Positions 18,426 to 30,100 of a DNA stretch of 48,502 bases are shown piece by piece (positions within the stretch are counted from its first letter, which is position 1; the number at the start of each line of letters is the position of its first letter). The position numbers were made by a program, and so were the translations under genes. The notes below the pieces were generated by a model, which was not told the origin of the DNA, ran no database searches, and saw only the letters and a program-made list of their open reading frames with translations. Source of the stretch: Candidatus Nanopelagicales bacterium (GTDB lineage: Bacteria; Actinomycetota; Actinomycetes; S36-B12; UBA5976); assembly GCA_044232525.1 (NCBI GenBank), contig JBIIMD010000001.1, forward strand, positions 1 to 48,502, read 5' to 3'.

Positions 18426-19637
18426 GTGCAGCCCGTGAATCTCGAAGACATCAATGATGCAGCTAAGTTACTTGATGGCGTAATCAAGAAGACACCATCA
18501 ATCAGTGCTGGCTGGATTGACAAGAAATACGGAGTTGATGTCACATTCAAGTGTGAAAATCTTCAGCGCGCTGGTTCCTTTAAAATTCGTGGCGCTTATT
18601 ACCGCATCGCTCGACTTTCTGATGCGGAGCGCAAAAATGGTGTGGTAGCTGCCAGTGCTGGAAATCATGCTCAAGGTGTTGCGCTTGCTGCCCAGATTCT
18701 TGGAATCAAAGCAACTATCTTCATGCCAGAAGGTGCGACGCTGCCTAAGTACCAAGCAACACTTGGCTATGGTGCCGACGTAATTTTTCATGGCAACACA
18801 ATTGATGAGGCTTTAACGGCTGCCAGTGACTTTTCAAATAAAACCGGTGCAGTCTTTATTCACCCGTTTGATCACGAACATATTGTTGCTGGGCAAGGCA
18901 CCATGGGCCTGGAGATTTTGGAACAAAACCCTGACGTTAAGACTGTAGTGGTTTGCACGGGTGGCGGCGGATTACTGGCTGGGACTGCGCTGGCAATTAA
19001 GAGTTTGCGACCAGACATAAAAGTTATTGGGGTCCAAGCTGAAATGGCTGCAGCCTACCCACCATCTCTTGCTGCAGGTTCACCGCAAATGTTGCCCAAG
19101 ATGGCAACTATGGCTGATGGCATAGCCGTTGGAAAACCTGGCGATGTTCCGTTCCAAATCATTCAGCAGCACGTTGATGAGATTAGAACCGTAAGTGAAG
19201 CATCCTTATCTCGCGCGCTGCTATTGACCTTGGAACGCAGCAAGCTACAGGTTGAACCTGCAGGCATTGCGGCAGTTGCTGCCATCTTGGATGATCCAAG
19301 TGCATTCGAAGGACCAGTTGTTGCAACTCTCTCTGGTGGAAACATCGATCCCCTATTACTTAATCGTGTTTTAAGAACTGGCTTGGCCACTTCAGGTCGA
19401 TTCTTAATGGTTCAAGTTAGATTGGCAGACCAACCAGGTTCACTGGCCAAGCTCGTAGATAGCGTGGCAGACATGAACACAAATATCATTCAGGTATCTC
19501 ACACTCGTATGAATCCAGCATTGGCAATTAGTGAAGTTGACGTTGAACTCGAACTTGAAACACGTGGCTTTGAACATCGTGAGCAAATCTTGGCTCAGAT
19601 AGTTGCCCAAGGTTTTGAAATTGTGACTTACTACTAA
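18426..19637 (+). CDS. ilvA: Threonine ammonia-lyase (threonine dehydratase), short form with one C-terminal ACT-like domain
   Basis: PLP-lysine motif NLQRAGSFKIRGA, glycine loop TGGGGLLAG, and a roughly 80-aa C-terminal regulatory domain. The start is GTG, since an in-frame stop lies immediately upstream. A GTG at 18435 is an alternative start. Confidence 0.9.
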   Translation: MQPVNLEDINDAAKLLDGVIKKTPSISAGWIDKKYGVDVTFKCENLQRAGSFKIRGAYYRIARLSDAERKNGVVAASAGNHAQGVALAAQILGIKATIFMPEGATLPKYQATLGYGADVIFHGNTIDEALTAASDFSNKTGAVFIHPFDHEHIVAGQGTMGLEILEQNPDVKTVVVCTGGGGLLAGTALAIKSLRPDIKVIGVQAEMAAAYPPSLAAGSPQMLPKMATMADGIAVGKPGDVPFQIIQQHVDEIRTVSEASLSRALLLTLERSKLQVEPAGIAAVAAILDDPSAFEGPVVATLSGGNIDPLLLNRVLRTGLATSGRFLMVQVRLADQPGSLAKLVDSVADMNTNIIQVSHTRMNPALAISEVDVELELETRGFEHREQILAQIVAQGFEIVTYY

Positions 19638-19639
19638 AC

Positions 19640-20872
19640 ATGCGCAAATTACTCGATCGATACTTTAAGGATCTTCCTGGCGAAGTTGCCGTACTGACCG
19701 CAGTCGCATTTTGCGTGGCTCTTGGGTTTGGAATTGTTGCGCCGATCATTCCGGTCTTCGCCCAAACTTTTGAAGTATCAGCATTTGCTGCCAGTTCGGT
19801 GATCAGTGTTTTCGCCTTAATGAGATTTGTTAGTGCTGCACCCAGTGGCTGGCTAGTCAATAAGTTTGGTGAGCGAAGTGTCTTGTGGATTGGACTCAGT
19901 ATTGTTTCGGTGTCTAGCGCCTTAGCTGGCTTTTCTCAAACATTTGAGCAACTGATTATTCTTCGTGGCATTGGCGGCACTGGCTCTGCAATGTTTACCG
20001 TTTCTTCAATGTCATTACTTCTGCGCACGGTGGATTCTTCACACCGAGGACGCGCTGCCAGCACTTATCAAGGTGGCTTCCTTTTTGGCGGCTTAGCTGG
20101 CCCAGCAGTTGGTGGACTAGTGGTTGGCCTGAGTATCCGAGCACCTTTCTTTGTTTATGCAGCAACACTTAGTTTGGCTGCACTTACTGCATACTTTGCG
20201 CTGCCAAAAGGCCTTGGGCATCCGACAAAAGATACTTCCGAACCTGCGGAACTCCAAGAACCACCTATGGCACTTCGGGCCGCTCTTAAATTCCGTGCTT
20301 ACTGGACTGCGCTGGTAGTTAATCTCTCAAATGGCATGACCTCATTTGGTTTGCGGTCTGCGTTGATTCCGCTTTTCGTTGTTTCAGTGCTACAGAAAAG
20401 TCCAGCAACTTCCAGTTATGGATTCTTGGCTACCAGTGTCGTGCAGGCTTCGCTGCTACTTCCAGCCGGGCGAATGACAGACACCAAGGGCCGCAAGCCA
20501 TCCATGATCATCGGATCGGTATTCCTTGTAGTGTCGATGCTCTGTTTGGTTGCCAGCGAAACGTTAATTGGTTTCTACGCGGCAATGGTTGCCATGGGAG
20601 TCAGCGCGGCATTCTTGGGTGGAGCGCCATCTGCAGTTGTTGGTGACATTGTGGACGGTCGTAAGGGTGGACCAGTCGTTGCTACCTACCAAATGATGAG
20701 TGACCTTGGCATCATCATTGGTCCACTTTTATTCGGTTACTTGGCAGATTCAACTGGTGGCTTTGCTTGGCCATTCATTGCAAGCTTGATGGTTGCAAGT
20801 GCTACCAGCGTTCTAGTTATGTTTATGCCAGAAACTAGAAAACCAAAAGCAGCGGAAGCTCTAGCTGCTTAA
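19640..20872 (+). CDS. MFS transporter
   Basis: 410 aa with about 12 TM segments and an MFS loop motif region (GRMTDTKGRKP). Its start lies 2 nt after the ilvA stop. Confidence 0.85.
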   Translation: MRKLLDRYFKDLPGEVAVLTAVAFCVALGFGIVAPIIPVFAQTFEVSAFAASSVISVFALMRFVSAAPSGWLVNKFGERSVLWIGLSIVSVSSALAGFSQTFEQLIILRGIGGTGSAMFTVSSMSLLLRTVDSSHRGRAASTYQGGFLFGGLAGPAVGGLVVGLSIRAPFFVYAATLSLAALTAYFALPKGLGHPTKDTSEPAELQEPPMALRAALKFRAYWTALVVNLSNGMTSFGLRSALIPLFVVSVLQKSPATSSYGFLATSVVQASLLLPAGRMTDTKGRKPSMIIGSVFLVVSMLCLVASETLIGFYAAMVAMGVSAAFLGGAPSAVVGDIVDGRKGGPVVATYQMMSDLGIIIGPLLFGYLADSTGGFAWPFIASLMVASATSVLVMFMPETRKPKAAEALAA

Positions 20873-21445
20873 GGTTGCGATCTCTGGCAACAAGATTCCC
20901 GTGTGTGCATGGCAGTCATAGCCATTTGGATTCTTGATTAAGTACTGCTGGTGATATTCCTCGGCGTACCAGAACTTAAAGTTGCTAGCAGGAGCTAACT
21001 CAGAAGTAATTGGATCAAAACCTTTGCTGACTAATACTTCGTTGTAAGCATTGCGAGATTCAGCTACCCATTTTTCTTGCTCTGGAGTCGTCCAATACAC
21101 CGCACTGCGGTACTGCGTACCGATGTCATTACCCTGACGATTGCCTTGAGTTGGATCATGATTTTCCCAGAAACATTTCAGCAAGTCATAGATAGAAGTT
21201 TTTGATGGATCGTAGGCAACCAAAACAATTTCAGAGTGACCTGTAGATCCAGTGCAAACCAATGGGTACGTTGGATCACTTGCCGTGCCACCCATGTAAC
21301 CAACTGCGGTGCTAACTACACCTGGAAGATTCCATAGTTTTTTCTCGGCACCCCAGAAACAACCCATTCCGAAGTAGATAACTTCAGTACCTTGCGGCCA
21401 TGGACCCCGAATGTCAGTTCCTAGAACTAAATGTGTTTCGCTCAT
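20861..21445 (-). CDS. msrA: Peptide-methionine (S)-S-oxide reductase
   Basis: Active-site motif FGMGCFWGAE and conserved HDPTQGNRQGNDIGTQYRS. Confidence 0.95.
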   Translation of the reverse strand: MSETHLVLGTDIRGPWPQGTEVIYFGMGCFWGAEKKLWNLPGVVSTAVGYMGGTASDPTYPLVCTGSTGHSEIVLVAYDPSKTSIYDLLKCFWENHDPTQGNRQGNDIGTQYRSAVYWTTPEQEKWVAESRNAYNEVLVSKGFDPITSELAPASNFKFWYAEEYHQQYLIKNPNGYDCHAHTGILLPEIATLSS

Positions 21446-21484
21446 GTCTCTACTTTGCCAAGGAATAGAAGTTTTCGCACATGC

Positions 21485-21514
21485 AAAAAGGGGCTGGCAT
21501 AGCCAACCCCTTTT
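21485..21514 (-). terminator. Intrinsic terminator downstream of the BI-1 family gene
   Basis: On the minus strand, GGGGUUGGC-UAU-GCCAGCCCC is followed by UUUUU. The single irregular pair is G-U on the minus strand but C-A on the plus strand, which favours minus-strand function. Confidence 0.6.
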
Positions 21515-21529
21515 GTTTGCTTGGAATTC

Positions 21530-22291
21530 TTACTCGTCGCCCGAAAAGATTGCGATCAAACGTAGAAGTTCGGTGTACAACCAAACCAAAGTGATTGCTA
21601 AGCCAAAGGCCATGCGCCAGGCTTCCTTTTCTGGAGCACCCTGAGCAATTGACTGAGTGATCATTTCAAAGTCCATAACTAGCGAGAATGATGCAAGTGC
21701 AACACCAGCAACACAAAGCAGCATTCCAAGGCCACCAGCTCCATAGAAGCCCCAGCCACCGCCTACGCCAAAGAAACTTGAGATCAAAGATGCAACGGCG
21801 ATAACCAAGTAGGAAACCATGGCAACCATGAATACCTTCTTGAACTTGCCGTTAACTTTGATGATGTTTGACTTGTAAAGGAACAGCATGGTGCCGAACG
21901 CAATTAGCGTTCCCATAACAGCCTGTGAAACTAAGTTCGGTGCGGTCTCTGCATATGCAGTTGCATACATCTTGCTTAGGCCACCAAGGAACACACCTTC
22001 AGCAGCGCCGTAGGCCAAAACCAATGCTGGGCTAACTTGCTTCTTGAAAATGTTTGCGAACGCTAAGCCAAGTCCAATGAAGAAGGCGACAAAAGTCAGC
22101 CCAGGAGTTGACCAACCTACGAACGCACCAACTAGCAAGAGTGCGAAAAGCATTCCGGTTTTTACGATGACATCATCCATAGTCAATCGAGCACCAGAGA
22201 AGACTGGTTGATCTAGCGATCCTTGCTCAATTGTTTCGCCACCAAAGCTCTCGCCAGTTGCGCGAATTAGTACTGGATTACGACTTGCCAT
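21530..22291 (-). CDS. Bax inhibitor-1/YccA family membrane protein
   Basis: 253 aa with 7 TM segments and the conserved C-terminal acidic motif context (LALITLVWLYTELLRL). SD is GGGAGGAAAATC. Confidence 0.85.
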   Translation of the reverse strand: MASRNPVLIRATGESFGGETIEQGSLDQPVFSGARLTMDDVIVKTGMLFALLLVGAFVGWSTPGLTFVAFFIGLGLAFANIFKKQVSPALVLAYGAAEGVFLGGLSKMYATAYAETAPNLVSQAVMGTLIAFGTMLFLYKSNIIKVNGKFKKVFMVAMVSYLVIAVASLISSFFGVGGGWGFYGAGGLGMLLCVAGVALASFSLVMDFEMITQSIAQGAPEKEAWRMAFGLAITLVWLYTELLRLIAIFSGDE

Positions 22292-22411
22292 GATTTTCCT
22301 CCCGTGGGACGAGCATCGTCACCATCTGATTTATATCTACCCTGAATATAACCCGATAAACCATTTTTTGATCAATTCAAGCTAAATTTAAGGCCCTAGA
22401 TCTAGTGGGTT

Positions 22412-22489
22412 TGGTACCCCTGGTCGGACTTGAACCGACACTGGCACGATTTTAAGTCGTGTGCCTCTAACCGATTGGGCTACAGGGGC
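22412..22489 (-). tRNA. tRNA with anticodon UAA (Leu by anticodon), atypical because the variable loop is short; CCA is encoded
   Basis: Manual cloverleaf from the minus strand: GCCCCUG UA GCC CAAUCGGUUAGA GGC A CACGA CUUAAAA UCGUG CCAGU GUCGG UUCAAGU CCGAC CAGGGGU A CCA (78 nt). It has U8, A14, G18G19, a UUC T-loop, U33 and A73. Confidence 0.8.
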
Positions 22490-22535
22490 GTGGTGTTTTC
22501 CACCGCCTAATCCTGACAGGTTTTGCCAGAACTTC

Positions 22536-23471
22536 CTAACTGGGGTTGAGAATTAAGTCTCTCGCAATTCCATCAAGAATATCTCGCTCTGAAACTATAA
22601 CTTCAGATAGGCCAGTTCGAGCCATAATTCGATCTAGCACCAATGCGCCTGAGCCAATCACGTCAATTCGACCTTCGTGCATGGGTCCTAAAGTTGCCCG
22701 CTGCGCCCTTGACATCGTTAAAAGATCTTGAGTCACGCGATGTACATCTTCCGCTGAAATATGACTTCCGTGGATTGTCTCAGAGTCATACTTGGTTAGA
22801 CCTAGTGCCAGCGCAGCAACTGTTGTAACTGAACCTGCCAGCCCAATCAAACTTTTTGCATCAGCAACTGGTACCGCGAGATAGGCCTGGTCAATTGCTG
22901 CATCAATATCTGAGGTCGCAGCTGCAATTTCCTTCGCAGTAGGAGGGTCACTCACTAAATGACGTTCAGTCATGCGCACGCAACCTACATTTGTACTAAT
23001 TGAAGCGGTTGGTTTAGTTGTTCCAAGAACAAACTCTGTCGATCCACCGCCGATGTCAACAACTAGGTACGGAGCCACTGGCGCTTGATCAAAATTTAAT
23101 AAGTCTGCAGTTGCACCCAAGAATGAAAGTGCCGCTTCTTCGTCACCACTAATTACATCAGGATAAATTCCTAAGCGAGAAAATACTCCATCGACAAACT
23201 CATCTCGATTCGAAACGTCACGGCTTGCACTCGTGGCTACAAATCTAAGAAGCTTTGGCTCATGTTTTGTGATTAACTGCGCGTATGTATCGATTGCGGC
23301 AAACGTCCTGGTTAGCGCCGCTTGCGAGAATTCTCCAGTTTTGTCCACACCTTCACCCAAGCGGACAATGACCATAGTTCGCACGACATCGGTGAGTTTT
23401 CCATTTTCGATGTCAGCGATCAAAAGCCGAATTGAATTTGTACCACAATCAATGGCCGCCACTCTCAACAT
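22536..23471 (-). CDS. ppx: Ppx/GppA-family phosphatase (exopolyphosphatase-like)
   Basis: Motifs AAIDCGTNSIRLLIA and VVDIGGGSTEF of the ASKHA fold. I prefer the ATG at 23471 (GGAGG 5 nt upstream) over the track GTG at 23483. Confidence 0.9.
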   Translation of the reverse strand: MLRVAAIDCGTNSIRLLIADIENGKLTDVVRTMVIVRLGEGVDKTGEFSQAALTRTFAAIDTYAQLITKHEPKLLRFVATSASRDVSNRDEFVDGVFSRLGIYPDVISGDEEAALSFLGATADLLNFDQAPVAPYLVVDIGGGSTEFVLGTTKPTASISTNVGCVRMTERHLVSDPPTAKEIAAATSDIDAAIDQAYLAVPVADAKSLIGLAGSVTTVAALALGLTKYDSETIHGSHISAEDVHRVTQDLLTMSRAQRATLGPMHEGRIDVIGSGALVLDRIMARTGLSEVIVSERDILDGIARDLILNPS

Positions 23472-23955
23472 CATCACCTCCACATGGTCCAGTCTGTCCC
23501 CAGTCTTTCAACATAGCGAGTGCCAAATCACCTAATGGATTAACTCCAGGGCCAGCAGCAAGAGAATGTCCGATCAAAACATGCAGGCACTTTACGCGAG
23601 TAGGCATTCCACCAGCACTTATCCCAGCAATTTCCTCAACATGCTCAATTGCTTCTCGTTCCTGCAAATAGATTTGGTGGGCTGCTTCGTAGCGGGCAGC
23701 AAGTTCGGGATCCGCCTCAATTTTTTCAGCGAGATCCTTCATCACACCATTAGCTTCGAGTGTGCCGATCGCACCCGTAGCTTTTGGGCAAGTCATGTAA
23801 TAGAGCGTTGGAAACGGCGTGCCATCGTCCAAGCGAGGAGATGTCTTCAATACATCTGGCTGTCCACACGAACAACGATGTGCAACTTCAATAACGCTTC
23901 GGGGTTCACGACCTAGCTGAGAACATACGGCAGCGAAATCTTCGGGACTAAGCAT
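23449..23955 (-). CDS. DUF501-domain protein (Rv1025-like)
   Basis: CSCGQPDVLKTSPRLDDGTPFPTLYYMTCPKA is the hallmark DUF501 block. Its 3' end overlaps the ppx start. Confidence 0.8.
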   Translation of the reverse strand: MLSPEDFAAVCSQLGREPRSVIEVAHRCSCGQPDVLKTSPRLDDGTPFPTLYYMTCPKATGAIGTLEANGVMKDLAEKIEADPELAARYEAAHQIYLQEREAIEHVEEIAGISAGGMPTRVKCLHVLIGHSLAAGPGVNPLGDLALAMLKDWGQTGPCGGDDVESGGH

Positions 23956-23960
23956 GAACT

Positions 23961-24404
23961 TTATTGTGGCAAATCATCAGATTGCACGACTAATGGGTCA
24001 TCAGCTGCTGGTGGTTGATCTGCGAGCTTAGTGCTGCTCCAAAGCTTTGCATACCAAGCTGAGTCATCGTTTGGAACTAATGCGCCTGGAACGCCAGTGA
24101 TCGCAGTGGTCGTTTCTTCATCAAGTACCACAAAGCCAATCTCACCAGGAAATACGTAATTAAGTCGCTCTCGCGCTAAGGCTTGCAGATAAGCCGGATC
24201 AGTCAGTCGAATCCTACGGTTATTCAACTCGTCAATTTTTGCTTGTTGCGAAACTACTTGCTGCTCCAAGTCCCTAATTTCGCGACGCTCTTGAATCAGA
24301 GCTCGTAGTGGAACCGCCAAAGTTAGCATTACGAAAACGCCCGCAAGAATCATTGCGATTGCGCGCGCATTTACTTTTGGAGAAAGCCTTGGAGAAGGAG
24401 CCAC
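23961..24404 (-). CDS. ftsB: Septum formation initiator family protein (FtsB/DivIC-like)
   Basis: A single TM segment is followed by a coiled-coil (IQERREIRDLEQQVVSQQAKIDELNNRRIRL) and LARERLNYVFPGE. The position after eno is as in other actinobacteria. Confidence 0.75.
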   Translation of the reverse strand: MAPSPRLSPKVNARAIAMILAGVFVMLTLAVPLRALIQERREIRDLEQQVVSQQAKIDELNNRRIRLTDPAYLQALARERLNYVFPGEIGFVVLDEETTTAITGVPGALVPNDDSAWYAKLWSSTKLADQPPAADDPLVVQSDDLPQ

Positions 24405-24422
24405 TTCTTAATTGTGCCGTGC

Positions 24423-25718
<1,296 letters not shown>

Positions 25719-25720
25719 TT

Positions 25721-25748
25721 AAAAAGGTTCTACGAGGTTTCCTCGTGG
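25721..25748 (-). terminator. Hairpin plus U-run between mazG and eno (intrinsic terminator or attenuator)
   Basis: On the minus strand, CCACGAGG-AAA-CCUCGUAG (25748-25730) is followed by AACC UUUUU (25729-25721). It sits only about 20 nt upstream of the eno SD. Confidence 0.45.
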
Positions 25749-25795
25749 ATAACTCAAGTCTAGCGATTTCAATTTGGGTCTAAAAATGCCAATAG

Positions 25796-26455
25796 TTAAA
25801 GGCCTTCTGATTCTCTGACTCTGCTGCGATAGCGCATCATTTCAGTTCGTAACACGGACTCGGCATCTATGTCTGCCTCCCGAGCTAGTTCTACAGTTGC
25901 AACTAATAACGCAGCAATTTGTTCCTGACTCACTGCGCCAATTACTTCGCGCAACGACTCCTTCACTTGCGGATCCCCAGCCACAATTCCACTTTTCCGG
26001 GCCCGATAGGTAAGTTGCGTGGCAAGCTGAAGAGCTGGCATAGCCTGTGGCACTCCATCTGTTACTGATTCGCGCTGTTTTTCTTGGTCTTTAATCTTTG
26101 CCCAGTTTGCTTCAAGTTCTTCATTAGAGGTAACAACTAAATCGGTAAACACGTGTGGGTGTCGGCGCACTAACTTGTCAACGACTCCTTGAGCAATTGC
26201 ATCTAGTGAAAAAGTTGAGTCAGTTTCCTGAGCAATTCGGGCATGAAACACAACTTGTAACAGTAAGTCGCCAAGTTCCTCACGAAGTGAACCTATGTCA
26301 CCCTGATCCATAGCTTCAAGAGCCTCGTATGTTTCTTCCAGCAGATAACGCGCAAGACTTTCGTGAGTTTGCTCGGCATCCCAAGGGCAGCCACCAGGAC
26401 TTCGAAGTTGGTCCATCACCTGGACAAGTTGTTCAACAGGTGAATTCATTATCAA
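25796..26455 (-). CDS. mazG: Nucleoside triphosphate pyrophosphohydrolase MazG
   Basis: GGCPWDAEQTHESLARYLLEETYEALEA plus the EELGDLLLQVVFHA motif. Confidence 0.9.
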   Translation of the reverse strand: MIMNSPVEQLVQVMDQLRSPGGCPWDAEQTHESLARYLLEETYEALEAMDQGDIGSLREELGDLLLQVVFHARIAQETDSTFSLDAIAQGVVDKLVRRHPHVFTDLVVTSNEELEANWAKIKDQEKQRESVTDGVPQAMPALQLATQLTYRARKSGIVAGDPQVKESLREVIGAVSQEQIAALLVATVELAREADIDAESVLRTEMMRYRSRVRESEGL

Positions 26456-26456
26456 G

Positions 26457-27077
26457 CTACCCTAGTGAGATTGGTAGTGGCACAGCCAAGGTTTCATCGC
26501 CCGGTGTGCTGATCAGATTACTTGGATCCCACTTACCAAACCTAGGATTCAATTCCACACCAAGTTCCTCACTCAAACTAGTCAGGTAATCGGTCATTGC
26601 TAGAAATTGCGTTTGACTATCAGCACCAGGTGCAAGCTTTTCCATAAGTATGCGTTGCACCATGATCTCGTACATGAAGCCTTCAACGCCATCTGCTGGC
26701 ACCGCATTCTGGGCTACAAGCTGAGCTTCGATTGACTCCTTTGAGTATTGTGCAAACACTTCATCTCGATATGCGGCAACATCACGATCAGTTACTTTGA
26801 TTCCTTCGCGAGCTACTACTTCTTCAAACAGCGTTACTCTGACAAAATGATCCACAGCGCGCTGATTTATTTGGATCAAACTTGGAACTTCACTAATCAA
26901 AGATGGGTCAGTCAATTGGATTTGTTCCCGAACCTTGTCAACACGTTCTGCGACAGCTGAGGCTGGAATCACTTTTCCATTGATGACAACGGCACTACCA
27001 GCAAGCTTTGGTGAATCGGAACATCCAGTAAGTACTGCAACCCCGATAACCAAAGTTGCAACTAAGCGAAGTTTCAC
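26457..27077 (-). CDS. SurA N-terminal-domain-like lipoprotein
   Basis: The lipobox is LTGC after a signal peptide, and the body is helical and chaperone-like. I prefer the GTG at 27077 (AAAGGAA 6 nt upstream) over the track TTG at 27092. The position between mfd and mazG is common in actinobacteria. Confidence 0.6.
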   Translation of the reverse strand: MKLRLVATLVIGVAVLTGCSDSPKLAGSAVVINGKVIPASAVAERVDKVREQIQLTDPSLISEVPSLIQINQRAVDHFVRVTLFEEVVAREGIKVTDRDVAAYRDEVFAQYSKESIEAQLVAQNAVPADGVEGFMYEIMVQRILMEKLAPGADSQTQFLAMTDYLTSLSEELGVELNPRFGKWDPSNLISTPGDETLAVPLPISLG

Positions 27078-27112
27078 AGATGTTCCTTTCAAGAACCAAC
27101 CTTCTAATTTTA

Positions 27113-30100
27113 TTATGAAGATGCAACCACTGATGACACCCAGGTATTAACCCATTGCACTAGGTCAATATCCGCTGCCTGGCTTGCTGATCCAATCAAT
27201 GCTCCTTTAGGGCGAGGAACGACAATCGTACGTGTTGCAGGCTTTATTACAGATCCTGGATCCAACCGGTTTAATCTCAGTGCTTTAGAGTCTGGAAGTT
27301 CAACTGGGGAAAACTTCACATGACTACTGGTAGCTATGAGTTCCGTTATGCCAACGTCCTGTAATGAGACACGCAATCTTGCGATTGAAACCAGAGTTTC
27401 AACCGGAGCTGGCAGTGAGCCGTATCGATCAGCCAATTCCTCAACCACTCCTGTTACATCATCATTAGTTCTGGCATCTGCCAATCGGCGGTAAGCCTCA
27501 AGCCGCAGTCGCTCTTCTGGGACGTAACTATGTGGCAAGTGAGCATCGACCGGCAGCTCCACTTTCACCACTTCATCGACGATTGCTACGCCACCTGTCT
27601 TTACTTCTTCAACGGCCTCGCTGACTAAGCGAACGTACAAATCAAAACCTACGTCTGCAATGTGTCCACTTTGCTCGCCACCCAGCAAATTGCCAGCACC
27701 TCGAATTTCCAGATCCTTCATAGCTACTGCCATGCCAGAACCTAAATCAGTGTGAGATGCGATCGTAGAAAGTCGATCATGGGCATTTTCACTCAATGGC
27801 TTATCTGGTGAGTACAAGAAGTAGGCGTAGCCACGTTCTCGACTTCGACCAACTCGGCCTCGCAACTGATGTAACTGTGACAAACCAAAGGTGTCAGCCC
27901 GATCCACAATCAGCGTATTTGCATTTGGAATGTCCAGTCCACTTTCGATAATTGTTGTCGAAACCAAAACGTCGTATTTGTGTTCCCAAAAATCAACAAT
28001 GATCTGTTCCAATGTATGTTCATTCATCTGTCCGTGTGCCACAGCAATTCGAGCTTCTGGCACTAATTCTGACAACTTACTAGCAACTCGATTTATGCTT
28101 TCCACACGATTGTGAACAAAGAATATTTGACCATCACGAATTAGTTCGCGGTGAATGGCTGCAGTAATAAATTTCTCATCGTATGGACCGACTGTTGTTA
28201 GAACTGGGTGACGTTCTTCTGGTGGGGTTTGAATCGTAGACATTTCACGCAATCCAGTTACAGCCATTTCAAGGGTTCGTGGAATTGGTGTTGCAGACAT
28301 GGTGAGCATGTCAACATTTGTCCGCAGTGCCTTCAGGTGCTCTTTGTGTTCAACCCCAAATCGTTGTTCTTCGTCAACAATTACTAAGCCAAGATCCTTG
28401 AACCGAACTTCTGGATTGAATAGGCGATGCGTACCAATCACGATATCGATCGTGCCGTCCGATATTCCACTCATCACATCCCGCACTTGGGCGTCGGTTT
28501 GAAAACGTGAGAGCGCAGCTAACTTGACTGGAAACTGTGCGTATCTGCGCGAGAAAGTCTCGAAGTGTTGTTGAACTAACAAGGTTGTTGGAACCAGGAT
28601 GGCTACTTGCTTACCGTCTTGAACCGCCTTAAATGCGGCGCGTACCGCAATTTCCGTTTTTCCATAACCCACATCGCCACATACCAACCTGTCCATTGGT
28701 ATGTCATTTTCCATATCGCGCTTTACTTCATCGATAGTTACAAGTTGGTCAGGCGTTTCAACGTACTCGAAAGCGTCTTCCAGTTCGCGTTGCCAAGGAC
28801 TATCCGGTGAGAAAGCAAAGCCTTTACTTGCCATGCGAGCTGCATAGAGTCGGATAAGTTCCCCAGCAATCTGCCTTACAGCCCGACGTGCGCGCGATTT
28901 AGTTGCAGCCCAATCCCCACCACCAAGTCGATTAAGGGAAGGTGCTTCGCCACCGACATACCTAGTAACTTGATCTAGTTGGTCACTCGGAACATATAGT
29001 CGGTCCCCGCGTTGACCTCGTTTGCTTGCTACATATTCAATAACCAAGTATTCGCGTGTTGCATTGGCCACTGTTCGCTGGGACATCTCAATATATTTGC
29101 CAACACCATGTTGTTCATGAACTACATAGTCACCGCTCTTGAGGGTAAGTGGATCGATTACCACTCGGCGCTTACTTGGAAGTGAGCGATTTTCTTTAGA
29201 AGCATCACGACTACCAAACAAGTCAACTTCAGTCACTAAAACTAGGTTTGCTGATTTGATCTGAATTCCAGAATCCTGATGACCAACGGTCACTTCTACT
29301 ACTTGATCCGTTAATTCCGCGGTGAGCTCCTCAGTTTGGCGAGCTGGAATTCCTAACTCCATCAAAGTTGAAACCAAACGTTCTGTTGATCCATGGCCTG
29401 CCATACAAACCGCTACTCGGGAACCTGTCTGCCACCAAATACGAATGTCTGAAACAAAGTCTTCGATTTTGGAACGGTACTCCGGAGTAGCTTCAACGCC
29501 CGGGGACTCGTCTTGCGGCCCAGCCAAAGTTGTTAAGCCGAGCCAAGCATGCGTATTACTGCCATTGCGAAGTTCTCGGTAATCCCGAAAGGCACTTGCA
29601 TCTAGATCGATTGGTGAGACATTACCTGCAGTTGCATTACTCCACGATGCTTCTAGAAACTCGGCACTAGTTGAAACCAATTCATGAGCTCTAGATTCTA
29701 AGCGTTCTGGTTCTGCTTCGATGATTATTGCTTTGGTATCGATTACGTCAATGAGCATTTCAAGTTTAGGAACCAAAACTGGAATCAAACTTTCCATACC
29801 TTCGGCTGCAATTCCAGCAGCGATCTTTTCTAACATCTCAGATAACTCTGGATGTACATCGATCATGCTCGCAGCTTTTGTGGCAACTTCTTCAGTGATT
29901 AAAAGTTCCCGACAGGCTGTGGCGAAAATCTGATCAACGGCAATACCCAATGAGCGTTGATCTGCAATGGAAAAAGTGCGAATCTCTTCTACTGTGTCGC
30001 CCCAAAACTCAACTCGCAATGGATGCTCCAAAGCTGGTGGAAAGAGATCAACAATGCCACCTCGAACTGCAAATTGTCCGCGTCGATCAACTAAATCAAC

